The notes: generated by a model not told the origin, from the sequence alone. 64,000 nt of DNA from Candidatus Magasanikiibacteriota bacterium (GCA_018650645.1 JABIFP010000020.1:8385-72384), one strand, 5' to 3'. Positions 20,850-31,003 are shown, counted from the first letter of the stretch. Numbers and translations are program-made.

Positions 20850-21338
20850 ATGGCAATCTATACCGACGTTTATAATAATCCACATGAAAAGCCAGAAAAC
20901 ACACCTATTGTGTGGCGGCCTTCAGCGTATACGCTTATTGTAGAAGATGGAAAACTCCTTATGATTCAGCCTTCTTGGCACAAGCAATGGGAGTTACCTG
21001 GCGGTGGTGTAGAAAAAGAAGAACTACTACATGAAGGAGGTGTCAGAGAAACACTTGAAGAAACCGGCTACACGGTAACTATTGATAACATTGAACCTTT
21101 TTTTGTAGAAAGCTGCAGATTCTATATTGATCTGATTACTAAAAACACCTTCTGCAACTCGATTAAAGCATTTTACCTTGCAACTCGCACAGACGATGCA
21201 CAGCAGGAATTACACCAGAATCCTCACGGAATTAATGAAACAGAACAAATGAAATGGATCCCACTCACGGAACTTACTGATAAAATTGTACTGCACGCAC
21301 ACTGGCCAGCAGTGAAAAAACTTCTTGAAAAAAAGTAA
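20850..21338 (+). CDS. NUDIX hydrolase
   Basis: PGGGVEKEELLHEGGVRETLEETG Nudix box. Confidence 0.9.
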   Translation: MAIYTDVYNNPHEKPENTPIVWRPSAYTLIVEDGKLLMIQPSWHKQWELPGGGVEKEELLHEGGVRETLEETGYTVTIDNIEPFFVESCRFYIDLITKNTFCNSIKAFYLATRTDDAQQELHQNPHGINETEQMKWIPLTELTDKIVLHAHWPAVKKLLEKK

Positions 21339-21339
21339 T

Positions 21340-21549
21340 ATGCCGTACAAACACTACAAAGGACATCTCTACGAGATTGTTACAGAAGGAACACACAGCG
21401 AATCGCATGAAGAAATGGTTGTGTACCGTTCACTGGAACAAAACGGCCCGTACCCAACAGGAACCATATGGGTGAGGCCAAAGGAAATGTTTTTTGAGGA
21501 GGTTGAGGTGGATGGTGAGAAAAAGAAGCGCTTTACTCGAATAGATTAG
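21340..21549 (+). CDS. DUF1653 family protein
   Basis: YKHYKG..Y, HSE, VVYR, WVRPKEMF, RF. Confidence 0.88.
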   Translation: MPYKHYKGHLYEIVTEGTHSESHEEMVVYRSLEQNGPYPTGTIWVRPKEMFFEEVEVDGEKKKRFTRID

Positions 21550-21559
21550 AAAAATAATT

Positions 21560-21740
21560 ACAAGCCATCTGACGAGTGAGACATGAAGCGGGTAATGTCC
21601 GAATGTCCCGTAGGGCAAGAGCAGCTGTTTGAGCACTGAAAAGTGCGAGTCCTGCGAGTGAATGAAAGACACTGCCCGGTGAATGCAAGTGAGGAAGCGG
21701 CGAAAAAGTTTTGGTTACCTTTTGCTTCAAAAGGTAAGGA
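21560..21740. repeat. Hairpin-rich intergenic REP/MITE-like element
   Basis: GC-richer non-coding block between convergent genes; GCACT-gaaa-AGTGC and TTACCTTTTG-ctt-CAAAAGGTAA hairpins. Confidence 0.45.
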
Positions 21741-21789
21741 TATAGAATAACAATTGAGCCTAAAAAAAGCGCTTTACGCGCTTCTTTTT

Positions 21790-22251
21790 TTATCCCTTCA
21801 TCATACTCGCCATCTCCACCGCAGAAAACCCCCATCCCCTGCCGTGATTATGCTCACCAACAGATCTACTATGTGCCTGCTCTTCGGTTGCGGTATTAAG
21901 CACGCCATATATAACCGGAATATTTGTATCGAGTTGTAATCGCATAAGTCCCTGCGTTACCGCTTCCGAAATATATTCAAAATGGAGCGTCTCGCCTTTA
22001 ATCAGAGTACCAATACAAACAACTGCATCTACTTTTTTACTTTCAATAAGATACTTTCCACCAAGCACTACTTCATATGCGCCAGGGACTTCCTGAACAA
22101 TTGTATCTTCTGCAGCAACACCACATTCCTTTAGCGCTTCTAACACACCATCTCTAATAGCATACGTATATTCACTATTCCAGCGTGCAACAACAATACC
22201 AATCCGTAAACCGGTTCCGTTAACTCCTTCAAATGAGATTCCTTTCCCCAT
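21790..22251 (-). CDS. ribH: 6,7-dimethyl-8-ribityllumazine synthase
   Basis: VARWN, VPGAYE, IKGETLHFEYI. Confidence 0.96.
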   Translation of the reverse strand: MGKGISFEGVNGTGLRIGIVVARWNSEYTYAIRDGVLEALKECGVAAEDTIVQEVPGAYEVVLGGKYLIESKKVDAVVCIGTLIKGETLHFEYISEAVTQGLMRLQLDTNIPVIYGVLNTATEEQAHSRSVGEHNHGRGWGFSAVEMASMMKG

Positions 22252-22259
22252 AGTAGCGC

Positions 22260-22880
22260 TTAAATCTTATTTCTATCTTTCATTACCCTCTCTACTGTTT
22301 CTACCACGACCTGTGTCATTGGGTCAAGCTCAATATTTACGTAATCACCAACCTTCATATCGCCAAAAGTAGTGATGTCTAGCGTTTCTGGAATCAGGTA
22401 CACACTAAACGTACCCTCTGGTGTAGGATCCACAACTGTCAGCGAACAACCATTCACACCAATAAATCCCTTATGAAAAATATACTTCATTGCTTCCGTA
22501 TTTTGAAGTGTAAACGTCAATACAGCATTATTCTCTGGTTTTTTCAGGTCACTTAGCGTTGCCATTGTGTATACATGCCCACTCATTGTGTGACCACCAA
22601 TCTCATCGCCTGCTTTTGCACTGCGTTCAATATTTACAAAGTCACCAGCTCGTTTTGTACCAAGTGTGGTTTTTTCTAACGTTTCTGTCATTGCATCAAA
22701 TACAACAAGCCCTTCTTCTTCCCTAACCACTGTCATACAAACACCATCAAGCGATACACTCATTCCATGCGCAATATTCTGACGCTGCGCCTCATTGATT
22801 GCAACAAAAAAAGTCCACAATCCCTTTTGCTTATCAATCCTCCCAATCTCTGCCTTGCTTTGAACAATTCCTGTATACAT
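22260..22880 (-). CDS. ribE: Riboflavin synthase
   Basis: MYTGIV, DGVCMTV, GGHTMSGHV, NGCSLTV. Confidence 0.95.
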   Translation of the reverse strand: MYTGIVQSKAEIGRIDKQKGLWTFFVAINEAQRQNIAHGMSVSLDGVCMTVVREEEGLVVFDAMTETLEKTTLGTKRAGDFVNIERSAKAGDEIGGHTMSGHVYTMATLSDLKKPENNAVLTFTLQNTEAMKYIFHKGFIGVNGCSLTVVDPTPEGTFSVYLIPETLDITTFGDMKVGDYVNIELDPMTQVVVETVERVMKDRNKI

Positions 22881-22889
22881 ATGAGTTGA

Positions 22890-23237
22890 TTATTTGCGCA
22901 ATGCCGTACGACACCTGTCAACATCGTCTGCGATTTTTTGCTTGAGCTCTTCCATACTACTTATTGGTTCATACTTACTCACCTGCATCAGCAACGTGAC
23001 CTCCATATTGGCACCATATAAATCAATATCATCTATATCAAGAAGATGTACCTCCACTTTGTTTTTCTTCCAATTTATGAGACATGCTGCCTTATATTCT
23101 TTTCCTAATACTCGTGCGGTCCCTGCATAAATCCCTTCAGAAACGCCCGTTTTCTTTACTGGAATATCAATATTCGCCGTGGGGAAACCTAATGTTTTTC
23201 CCCGTCCATCTCCGTGAATAACTGTCCCCTCAAACAT
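22890..23237 (-). CDS. Stand-alone riboflavin kinase (RibF C-terminal domain only)
   Basis: VIHGDGRGKTLGFPTANI, EVHLLD, LYG. Confidence 0.88.
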   Translation of the reverse strand: MFEGTVIHGDGRGKTLGFPTANIDIPVKKTGVSEGIYAGTARVLGKEYKAACLINWKKNKVEVHLLDIDDIDLYGANMEVTLLMQVSKYEPISSMEELKQKIADDVDRCRTALRK

Positions 23238-23240
23238 ATT

Positions 23241-24479
23241 CTATGGTGTTAGTAATAATTTTACCGCTTCCTCGATATCTGGATCAATAATTTCACCAGA
23301 ACTATCTTTCTCTAAATTTTCAAAATCAACTTCATTAATATGATCTGGCGTAATTCCACTTCCATCAATCCCAGTGCCATTTGGCGTAAACCATTTTGCA
23401 ATGGTTAATTTAATTGCAGATCCATCTGGCAATACTTCAAATGTTTGCACAGATCCTTTTCCATACGTTTGCCGACCAAATATTGTTCCCGCTCCATGAT
23501 CCTTCAGCGCTCCTGCTACAATCTCTGAACCAGATGCTGTTCCTTCATCAACTAATACCACTGTTGGCACGCCAACGAGCCTGTGTGGCCCCTGAGACAC
23601 ATGTGTTCTCTCTACGCCATTTCTTCCCTTTTCTTCTACAATTACCTCTCCCTCAGGAATCCATTCGCTAGCAACGAGCACCGACATGTTTAATAGTCCA
23701 CCCGGATTTGATCGCATGTCTAAAATAATACCGTCTACATCCCACTCAATGATTTTTTTCACTTCCTTATTGAACGCACCGAGCGTATCTTCATTAAAAT
23801 AACTTACACGCAAATATGCCAAATTATCATCTCGCTGCTCCGCGAGTACAGTTGGTACAGAAATAACATCTCGAATAATTGGAATTTCAACCGGTTCAAA
23901 TGATTCATTCCGAAGAACTGTCAGCGTAACAGTAGTCCCCTGCTCACCACGAATTTTAGTCACCGCAGCACTCAGCGTTGTACCAATAGTCTCATCCCCA
24001 TCAATCGCAACAATAATGTCTTTGGGTCTAAGCCCTGCCGTTTCAGCAGGAGACGACGGAAGCGGTGCAATGACCGTTAACAAATCTTCTCTAATACCAA
24101 TTTCTGCTCCAATGCCTTTAAATTCTCCGCTAATATTTTCTGTAAATGCTTTTGCTTCAACTGGAGGAAAATAGACTGAATGCGGATCATCTAGCCCAGA
24201 TACAAGTCCTTCAAGCGATTTATAAAACAAATCAGGATCGCTCACTCCTTCAGTCACGTATCTTTCGTGAATCATGTCCCAAATATCCCAGTACTGATCA
24301 AAACTCACTTCATCTGATCGAGTTCTTTGATATAAATCGACTATTTTTGCCACTTCAACAATACCATCTTCATTTTTCATTGAAGAAGTGATCGCAGATG
24401 ACGTTCCAATCATGTATCCTGCCCCGAATACGAATACTACAAGCAGGAGTTTGAGAATGACTTTTGACCCTTTTTTCAT
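23241..24479 (-). CDS. ctpA: S41 carboxyl-terminal processing protease
   Basis: DPHSVY, PDZ GIG, DMRSNPGG, TASGSE, TYGKGSVQ. Confidence 0.92.
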   Translation of the reverse strand: MKKGSKVILKLLLVVFVFGAGYMIGTSSAITSSMKNEDGIVEVAKIVDLYQRTRSDEVSFDQYWDIWDMIHERYVTEGVSDPDLFYKSLEGLVSGLDDPHSVYFPPVEAKAFTENISGEFKGIGAEIGIREDLLTVIAPLPSSPAETAGLRPKDIIVAIDGDETIGTTLSAAVTKIRGEQGTTVTLTVLRNESFEPVEIPIIRDVISVPTVLAEQRDDNLAYLRVSYFNEDTLGAFNKEVKKIIEWDVDGIILDMRSNPGGLLNMSVLVASEWIPEGEVIVEEKGRNGVERTHVSQGPHRLVGVPTVVLVDEGTASGSEIVAGALKDHGAGTIFGRQTYGKGSVQTFEVLPDGSAIKLTIAKWFTPNGTGIDGSGITPDHINEVDFENLEKDSSGEIIDPDIEEAVKLLLTP

Positions 24480-24485
24480 AGAAAA

Positions 24486-25784
24486 TTATTCTTCTAGACG
24501 CTCAATTTTTGCGCCAACCGCGGTAAGCCGCTCAACGATTCCTTCGTATGCGCGCTCAATTGGGTAAATGTTTCTTAATGTGCTGGTTCCCTTTGCTGCA
24601 ATCATCGCAATCAGTACGGCCATTGCTGGGCGAATTGCATATGGCGCAACCACTTCATTTCCAACCAGCTCTTCTGGCCCTTGTACAAGTACTCTATGCG
24701 GATCCATGAGAATAACTTTAGCGCCAAGCTTGGTCAATTCAGTATAATAGATTGCACGGTTTTCATATACCCAATCATGTACCAGTGTTTGTCCCTTTGC
24801 CTGAGTCAGCATTGGTAAGAATAGTGGTAACGCATCAATATTAAGCCCTGGAAACGGCCGGCAAGAAAGTTTATCTGGAAGTGCGGTAAGTTCTGACGGC
24901 ACAACTTCAATATCCGCAAGACGGAAATATCCGTTTGTACTCATGCGTTCATTCGTAAGCGTAAACTGCTGCCCCATGAGGCGCATCTTTTCCATTTCTA
25001 ATTCTAAAAAGTCGAGTGGGCATCGCTCAATCACGAGTGGTGACTTTGTTGTAACGGCGAGTGAAATCCATGCCATAGCATCGACTGGATCTGGCATTGC
25101 TGCGTAGGTAATATCGTTAAGCTGCTCTACTCCTGTGATTTTGAGAGTAGTCGTTCCAATTCCTTCGATTTTTGCACCAGCATCTACTAAAAAGTGACAT
25201 AAGTCTTGCACCATGTAGTTTGCTGAAGCAAATTTAATTGTTGTTTCTCCTGAAGCGAGTACCGCTCCTAAAATAGCATTCTCTGTTGCCGTATCTCCTG
25301 ATTCATCCATGATAATAATTCCGCCAGTAAGTTTTGTTGCATCAACTTCATAGGTTTCTTCAGTAGATTCTACTGCAATACCAAGTTTTTGTAGTGCCAA
25401 CATGTGCGGACGAATCGTTCGCTTACCTAATTTACAACCGGCACTTTTGTATAATGTAAATTGCTTTTCTCTTGCCGCCAGTGCTCCCATCAATAATAAT
25501 GAAATACGCATTCTTCCACACGCTTCTTGATCAATACCCGCGATATTTATGTCAGTTGCATCAACAACCAGCGTGTTATGATCTTCCCAGCTTATTTTTA
25601 CTTCTATCGATTCAAATAATTCAAGCAGCCGCTCTAATTCTTCAATATGTGCGACTTGCGTAAATGTTGTTTTACCGCGTACCATAAGAGCACCACAAAG
25701 AAGTGCTATTGGAGCATTCTTTCCAGAAGTCGTTCTAATGGATCCTGAGAGTGGATGTCCCCCTTCTACCTTATAATACGCCAT
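24486..25784 (-). CDS. murA: UDP-N-acetylglucosamine 1-carboxyvinyltransferase
   Basis: GKNA, AGCKLGKR, ATEN, PFPG, YENR. Confidence 0.93.
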   Translation of the reverse strand: MAYYKVEGGHPLSGSIRTTSGKNAPIALLCGALMVRGKTTFTQVAHIEELERLLELFESIEVKISWEDHNTLVVDATDINIAGIDQEACGRMRISLLLMGALAAREKQFTLYKSAGCKLGKRTIRPHMLALQKLGIAVESTEETYEVDATKLTGGIIIMDESGDTATENAILGAVLASGETTIKFASANYMVQDLCHFLVDAGAKIEGIGTTTLKITGVEQLNDITYAAMPDPVDAMAWISLAVTTKSPLVIERCPLDFLELEMEKMRLMGQQFTLTNERMSTNGYFRLADIEVVPSELTALPDKLSCRPFPGLNIDALPLFLPMLTQAKGQTLVHDWVYENRAIYYTELTKLGAKVILMDPHRVLVQGPEELVGNEVVAPYAIRPAMAVLIAMIAAKGTSTLRNIYPIERAYEGIVERLTAVGAKIERLEE

Positions 25785-25855
25785 AAAATTGCTTGTAAAA
25801 GTAAGCGAAATGCGATAGTATTGTACATAAGTAAGCCAAAAAACGCAACTCCTTT

Positions 25856-27184
25856 ATGTATAGACAACCATACCATATTTCCCGCGGCGTTCGCATCACA
25901 ATTATGCTTTCGCTCATAAGTGCATTTTTAATTTCAGCACCTCTTTTGATCGCATACACCTCTGGATACAGATATTCGTTTGATGAAGGGCTTATTAGTA
26001 AGGGATCACTCTCTGTTACAGCCAAACCGATTGATGCCACCATTTTTGTAAATAATATTGCTATTGATCAAGAAGGCGGGCTTGAGAATAGAGACAAAGC
26101 GGCCATTAGCATGGATACACTAGCTGCTGGTATGTATGACGTTCGTATTGAGCGAGATGGATACCTTCCTTTTGAAAAAACAATCGATGTTCGAAGTAAT
26201 GAAGCCTCTTATGTCCGAGATCTTACTCTTTTTATAGATACGCAATTTGAACAAGTAGAAGACGTGTCTTCTTACGATTACGTACAGCTCACCAAACAGG
26301 CTCCAGCACTTCTTCTGCAAGAAGGAGCGACGTGGCACACGAAGTTGCCTGGGCAGGGTGCGTCGCACAGACAAGGAAAGTTTGCTGACCCTGTGATTTT
26401 ACACACACACCCATCACTGCAAGCAGCCGTGCTGTTAGATACCAGCAATGCACCGTCTTCTACGCGAGCAGTAGTTGCCGGGTTTAACGGATTGCAACCA
26501 ACCGCATATACCATTCCGACAGCACTTACAGATACTGCTGATGTCCATTGGAGCGGCAATAGTGACACACTCTATGTACGTGCAAGTTCAACAGTATATG
26601 CAATTTCTCATGATTCATTTACGCAAGTTGGTGTGACAACAGCAACTGAGTGGTTTGTTGATGTGAATAACGTACTCTGGGAGCAGCAAGAGCGCACACT
26701 GGTGCAGACTAAAGACAAAGAGACAACTCGATTTTTACCAAGCACAACAGTACAACCAATTGATGTAAACGAAGCACGCGTTATTTTACAGGGCGCGAAA
26801 AGTGTTTATGTAAGTTTGCATACTGCGTCAGAACAAATCACACAAATTCCCACGCAAGGGCTCTTGTTTGATGCCGATAAAAACTTGTGGTACACCTGGA
26901 GCGAATTTGAGGTATTTTCAATCGATGGAAATGGAACCATTAAACCACTCTACAGATCTTCTCAAGAAATTCATGACATTGCCATTTTAGATGAGTACGG
27001 AGTGATTGGGATTGCTTCTGCGAATGGCGTAAGTGCCTTTCATACTAGATACCTCACTTCTCATACACTCATTAGTGGGCAAAGCGTATCAATGATCAGC
27101 GCTGACATTGCAGGTAGAGTACTCTATGCAATTGAGGAAAATGCAGAACAAGGAACCAAGTCACTCATAAAAAGAAGATACTAA
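25856..27184 (+). CDS. PEGA domain membrane-anchored protein
   Basis: N-terminal TM, YTSGYR, GSLSVTAKPIDATIFVN, GMYDVRIERDGY. Confidence 0.8.
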   Translation: MYRQPYHISRGVRITIMLSLISAFLISAPLLIAYTSGYRYSFDEGLISKGSLSVTAKPIDATIFVNNIAIDQEGGLENRDKAAISMDTLAAGMYDVRIERDGYLPFEKTIDVRSNEASYVRDLTLFIDTQFEQVEDVSSYDYVQLTKQAPALLLQEGATWHTKLPGQGASHRQGKFADPVILHTHPSLQAAVLLDTSNAPSSTRAVVAGFNGLQPTAYTIPTALTDTADVHWSGNSDTLYVRASSTVYAISHDSFTQVGVTTATEWFVDVNNVLWEQQERTLVQTKDKETTRFLPSTTVQPIDVNEARVILQGAKSVYVSLHTASEQITQIPTQGLLFDADKNLWYTWSEFEVFSIDGNGTIKPLYRSSQEIHDIAILDEYGVIGIASANGVSAFHTRYLTSHTLISGQSVSMISADIAGRVLYAIEENAEQGTKSLIKRRY

Positions 27185-27215
27185 CAAAAAAAGAGGCTGT
27201 TGCCTCTTTTTTTGT
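27184..27215. terminator. Bidirectional terminator
   Basis: A7-GAGGC-tgtt-GCCTC-T7 between convergent genes. Confidence 0.8.
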
Positions 27216-27223
27216 TTGCTGAT

Positions 27224-30200
27224 TTATACAACAATATTCACAATTCTTCCTGGAATATATATCTGTTTCTTTGGCTCTTTCCCGTCAATAAAGCGTTGCA
27301 CATTCTCTTCTGCATGTGCAGCCTCAAATGCTTGCGCTTCTGTTGCATCAGCTGGCAACGTAATGGTTCCGCGCAATTTTCCGTTTACTTGTACAGCTAC
27401 GGTTAGCGTGTCTTCTACTAATTTTGATTCGTCATATGCTGGCCACTCTGCCAGTGTTGCAGACCCTTCTTTACCAAGCACTTCCCACAGCTCTTCTGCC
27501 ATATGCGGTGCATATGGTGCTAGGATACTTACAAATGTGGCAAAATCATCTTTTGCAATTTGCGTTTCTTTAGTAAATGCATTTGCACATTCCATCATTG
27601 CTGCAATTGCTGTGTTAAATTGCAACTCGGCAGTATCCCCTGTTACCTTTTTAATTGTCTTATGCAGTATACGATTCATTTCTTCTGTACCCGTTTCGGC
27701 AAGCTTTTCTTGCAGCTTCCACACTTTTTCTAGAAATCTTCTTACTCCTTTTACTCCACCGGTGTTCCAGGCTTTTGCCTGATCTAGTGGCCCCATGAAC
27801 ATTTCATACATGCGGACAGTATCTGCTCCGTATTCATTCACCACATCTGTTGGGTTAATCACATTCCCCCACCGCTTACTCATTTTTCTCCCATCTTCAC
27901 CGGAAATAAGTCCCTGATGACGGTTTACTTTAAACGGCTCATCAAAATCGATAAGTCCTTCATCAAAAAGCACCTTTGTGAAGAATCGTGAATACAGGAG
28001 ATGTCCGTTTACATGTTCTTCACCACCCAAGTAGAAATCGATTGGCATCCATTTTTTGAGCTGTTCTTTTGAAGCAAACGCCTCATCATTTTTTGGATCT
28101 AAGTATCTGAAGAAGTACCAGCTAGAACACATAAACGTGTCGAGTGTATCTACCTCTCTCTTCCATCCTTTTCCGTATTTTTCTTCTACCCCATCTTGGA
28201 ATGATGGTGAGTAGTTGAGTGGTGATTGTCCTGTTGGTTTGAAGTCAACATCGTCTGGAAGGATGACTGGGAGGTCTTGTATTGTTAGTGGCCGAAGCCC
28301 AGAAATGAGCGCTTCATCAAGGATGACTTGTTCCTCATTACCATCAAAATGTGGTTTATTTGATTGCGCATAGACCAGCCGAGCATCCAAATCTGTTGCC
28401 ATTTTTTCTAAGTGTTCTTTTTTTATAATTGGGAATGCATTATCTCCAATTATTGTAATTTCAGAACACAACGCTTTTACTTTTTCTGTATCAAACTCCC
28501 ACGTTGTACTGTCTTCTACAACTGTTCTTTTTTTGTCATTGAATTCTGGAACATATACGGGATCCACAAAACACAGCTTTGCAATATTTTTTCCAGATTG
28601 TTCTAACATTCTGAGAGCCACTGCTGCACCGTGACTTTGAGAAACAATAACCGTATTCTCATCAAGTGTAACTTGCTCTAGTGCAAATGTAGCCTGTTCA
28701 TCTGCTTTTGGTTTTTCTGTATTTGGAAGGTCAAATGCCTTGACTATATGACCCTGCAATTCAAGTTCTTGTTTCAACCATGGCCAGAAAATAGCTTCTT
28801 TACCAGAACCGTATCCATGCAAACATACATACAACCTTTTTTTGTTTTTTTCTTCTTCATTTGAAATAACTGGAATTGGCGCACCCCAAAATCGTTGTCT
28901 TGAAACTGACCAATCGCGGAGTTTGTATTGTGTTTTCTTTTTACCAATGTTTTTTTCTTCAAGCCATTCGAACATTCTTGTTTTTGCTTCTTGTGTTGTT
29001 AGATCATTGAGGAATTCCGAGTTTACGACAACACCTTCCCCACTATATGTGCTTGCTTCCACAAACATATTCCATGCAAGAGCGTGTGGATCCCAATTAA
29101 TATCTGTCGCAACCTTTTTCTTATCTTGCCAATACATTTCATGCCTGCCCTCATCAACTTCACATGAGACACGCTCCTCATCTGTCAGCTGTACATGAAA
29201 CCAAACAGAACCTGTTATTTGGTTCTTATTCTTAGTAATGCGATATCCCTGAGCATTAAAATGTTCAATAAATCGGGACCTAATGACATAATTCACATAT
29301 CCACTTTCCTCTTTTATTTCTTTTGTAAGAGCTTCTTCAATACTTTCACCTTCTTCTACACCCCCACCAACAAAATGTACACCGTCGACATCTCTCAAAA
29401 GTAGAAATTTTCCACCATCAGAATTTTCAATGATTACATCTATACATCTACGATTAAGTGTCTCGACTCCATCTTTCATCGCTTTCTTTCCTGTAAAAGC
29501 TACTGACGGAGCAACAACCTGTCTAATCTCCAACCCAAACTTCTTCGCAAACGCAAAGTCCCTCTCATCATGCGCCGGAACGGCCATGATTGCTCCGGTT
29601 CCGTATGTTGCAAGCACGTAATCAGCAATCCAAACGGGAACTTCTTCCCCATTAGCTGGATTTATCGCTTTTACTCCTTTTAGTTCTACTCCTGTTTTTT
29701 CTTGATCTACTTGTCTATCTAAATTCGATTTCTTTTCCGTTGCATGAACATATGCCTGCACTTCATCCCAATTTTTAATTGTTTCTTGCAAGCCCTGTAC
29801 CAAAGCATGTTCTGGCGCAAGTACCATATAGGTTGCTCCAAAAAGCGTATCTGGTCGTGTAGTAAATACGGTAATGTTTTCTTCAGTATCTTTCACGCTA
29901 AACTGCACCTCAGCTCCTTCGCTTCTTCCAATCCAATTTCTTTGCCGAGTAATTGTTTCCTGTGGCCAATCGACTTTATCAAGGTCGTCAATCAACCTAT
30001 CTGCGTAATCTGTTATTTTTAAATACCATTGCTCCATTTCTTTTTGCAAAACTGGAGTATCACAACGTTCACAAGCACCTTCTACAATTTGTGCATTCGC
30101 CAACACTGTTTTACAACTATCACACCAATTCACTGCCTGATTTTTTCTATACGCAAGTCCTCTTTTATACATCAAAAGGAAAAACCACTGTGTCCATTTA

Positions 30201-30601
30201 TAATAATCAGCATTATGTGATCCTACTTCTCTCTCCCAATCGACTGAAATACCGAGCTGCTTAATTTGACTGCGGAAGTTTTCAATTGCCTTATCTGTAT
30301 TAATCCGCGGATGCACATTTGTTTTAATCGCATAATTTTCTGCAGGGAGTCCAAAAGAATCCCACCCAATCGCTTGAAGTACCTTTTTTCCTGTCATTCT
30401 CTGATACCGCGCAAAAATATCACATGCGGTGTATACCTCTGCATGTCCAACATGAAGCCCACTCCCAGAAGGATACGGAAGTTGCGGCAGTATATACATC
30501 TTATTTTCTGACGTTGCGTCTACCGGTGTCTTATAGAGCTTCTGCTCTTCCCAACGTGCTTGCCACTTCTTTTCGATTTCCTTCGGATTATATTGACTCA
30601 T
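27224..30601 (-). CDS. leuS: Leucine--tRNA ligase with inserted Nudix and alpha/beta-hydrolase domains
   Basis: PYPSGSGLHVGH, FTTRPDTLFG, DWSVSRQRFWG, KMSKR, VQVNGKLR. Confidence 0.97.
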   Translation of the reverse strand: MSQYNPKEIEKKWQARWEEQKLYKTPVDATSENKMYILPQLPYPSGSGLHVGHAEVYTACDIFARYQRMTGKKVLQAIGWDSFGLPAENYAIKTNVHPRINTDKAIENFRSQIKQLGISVDWEREVGSHNADYYKWTQWFFLLMYKRGLAYRKNQAVNWCDSCKTVLANAQIVEGACERCDTPVLQKEMEQWYLKITDYADRLIDDLDKVDWPQETITRQRNWIGRSEGAEVQFSVKDTEENITVFTTRPDTLFGATYMVLAPEHALVQGLQETIKNWDEVQAYVHATEKKSNLDRQVDQEKTGVELKGVKAINPANGEEVPVWIADYVLATYGTGAIMAVPAHDERDFAFAKKFGLEIRQVVAPSVAFTGKKAMKDGVETLNRRCIDVIIENSDGGKFLLLRDVDGVHFVGGGVEEGESIEEALTKEIKEESGYVNYVIRSRFIEHFNAQGYRITKNKNQITGSVWFHVQLTDEERVSCEVDEGRHEMYWQDKKKVATDINWDPHALAWNMFVEASTYSGEGVVVNSEFLNDLTTQEAKTRMFEWLEEKNIGKKKTQYKLRDWSVSRQRFWGAPIPVISNEEEKNKKRLYVCLHGYGSGKEAIFWPWLKQELELQGHIVKAFDLPNTEKPKADEQATFALEQVTLDENTVIVSQSHGAAVALRMLEQSGKNIAKLCFVDPVYVPEFNDKKRTVVEDSTTWEFDTEKVKALCSEITIIGDNAFPIIKKEHLEKMATDLDARLVYAQSNKPHFDGNEEQVILDEALISGLRPLTIQDLPVILPDDVDFKPTGQSPLNYSPSFQDGVEEKYGKGWKREVDTLDTFMCSSWYFFRYLDPKNDEAFASKEQLKKWMPIDFYLGGEEHVNGHLLYSRFFTKVLFDEGLIDFDEPFKVNRHQGLISGEDGRKMSKRWGNVINPTDVVNEYGADTVRMYEMFMGPLDQAKAWNTGGVKGVRRFLEKVWKLQEKLAETGTEEMNRILHKTIKKVTGDTAELQFNTAIAAMMECANAFTKETQIAKDDFATFVSILAPYAPHMAEELWEVLGKEGSATLAEWPAYDESKLVEDTLTVAVQVNGKLRGTITLPADATEAQAFEAAHAEENVQRFIDGKEPKKQIYIPGRIVNIVV

Positions 30602-30674
30602 ATCTTTGCGAATTGAATATAGGCTTATTTTAGCGGATTTGAGGGATTTTGCAACTTATCAACGTCCCTTGCCC

Positions 30675-30703
30675 TTGACAAAGAGCAAATAGTGTGCTAA
30701 TTT
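30675..30703 (+). promoter_or_regulatory. sigma70-type promoter with extended -10
   Basis: TTGACA-N17-TAATTT with TG ahead of -10. Confidence 0.7.
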
Positions 30704-30707
30704 CAAC

Positions 30708-31003
30708 CGTCTGTGTGAACTGCAATAATCGCTATTGCGCTCACACAAACACCTGTATGATGATCATACCCCAACATTTATGGCCTGAATAGACTGCATG
30801 CAATATGTAATTTACTCTGACCATAAATGAAAGGTAAATTGATGCGACATACAATGGGCTAGAGCCCACACGATGAGATGAGGTGAACAGTCAGCCTCTC
30901 TCCTCCTCACCTGCAGTCTTTCGCCCGGTCATTCTGACCACGCGGCGAAGGCTGCGTGATTGGAATGACCGGGCGAAGGAACGCCCGGCGAACGGAGGAC
31001 GAG
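30708..31003 (+). ncRNA. Putative long structured 5' leader RNA
   Basis: Consecutive stems TGTGTGA/TCACACA, GTATGA/TCATAC, CATTTATGG/CCATAAATG, TGGGCT/AGCCCA and an 18-bp stem 30917-30934/30963-30980. Confidence 0.55.

Noticed and set aside
21569-21710. CTGACGA ... GAAA resembling a hammerhead ribozyme core
   Set aside because: Could not build stems I-III with correct pairing around the core.
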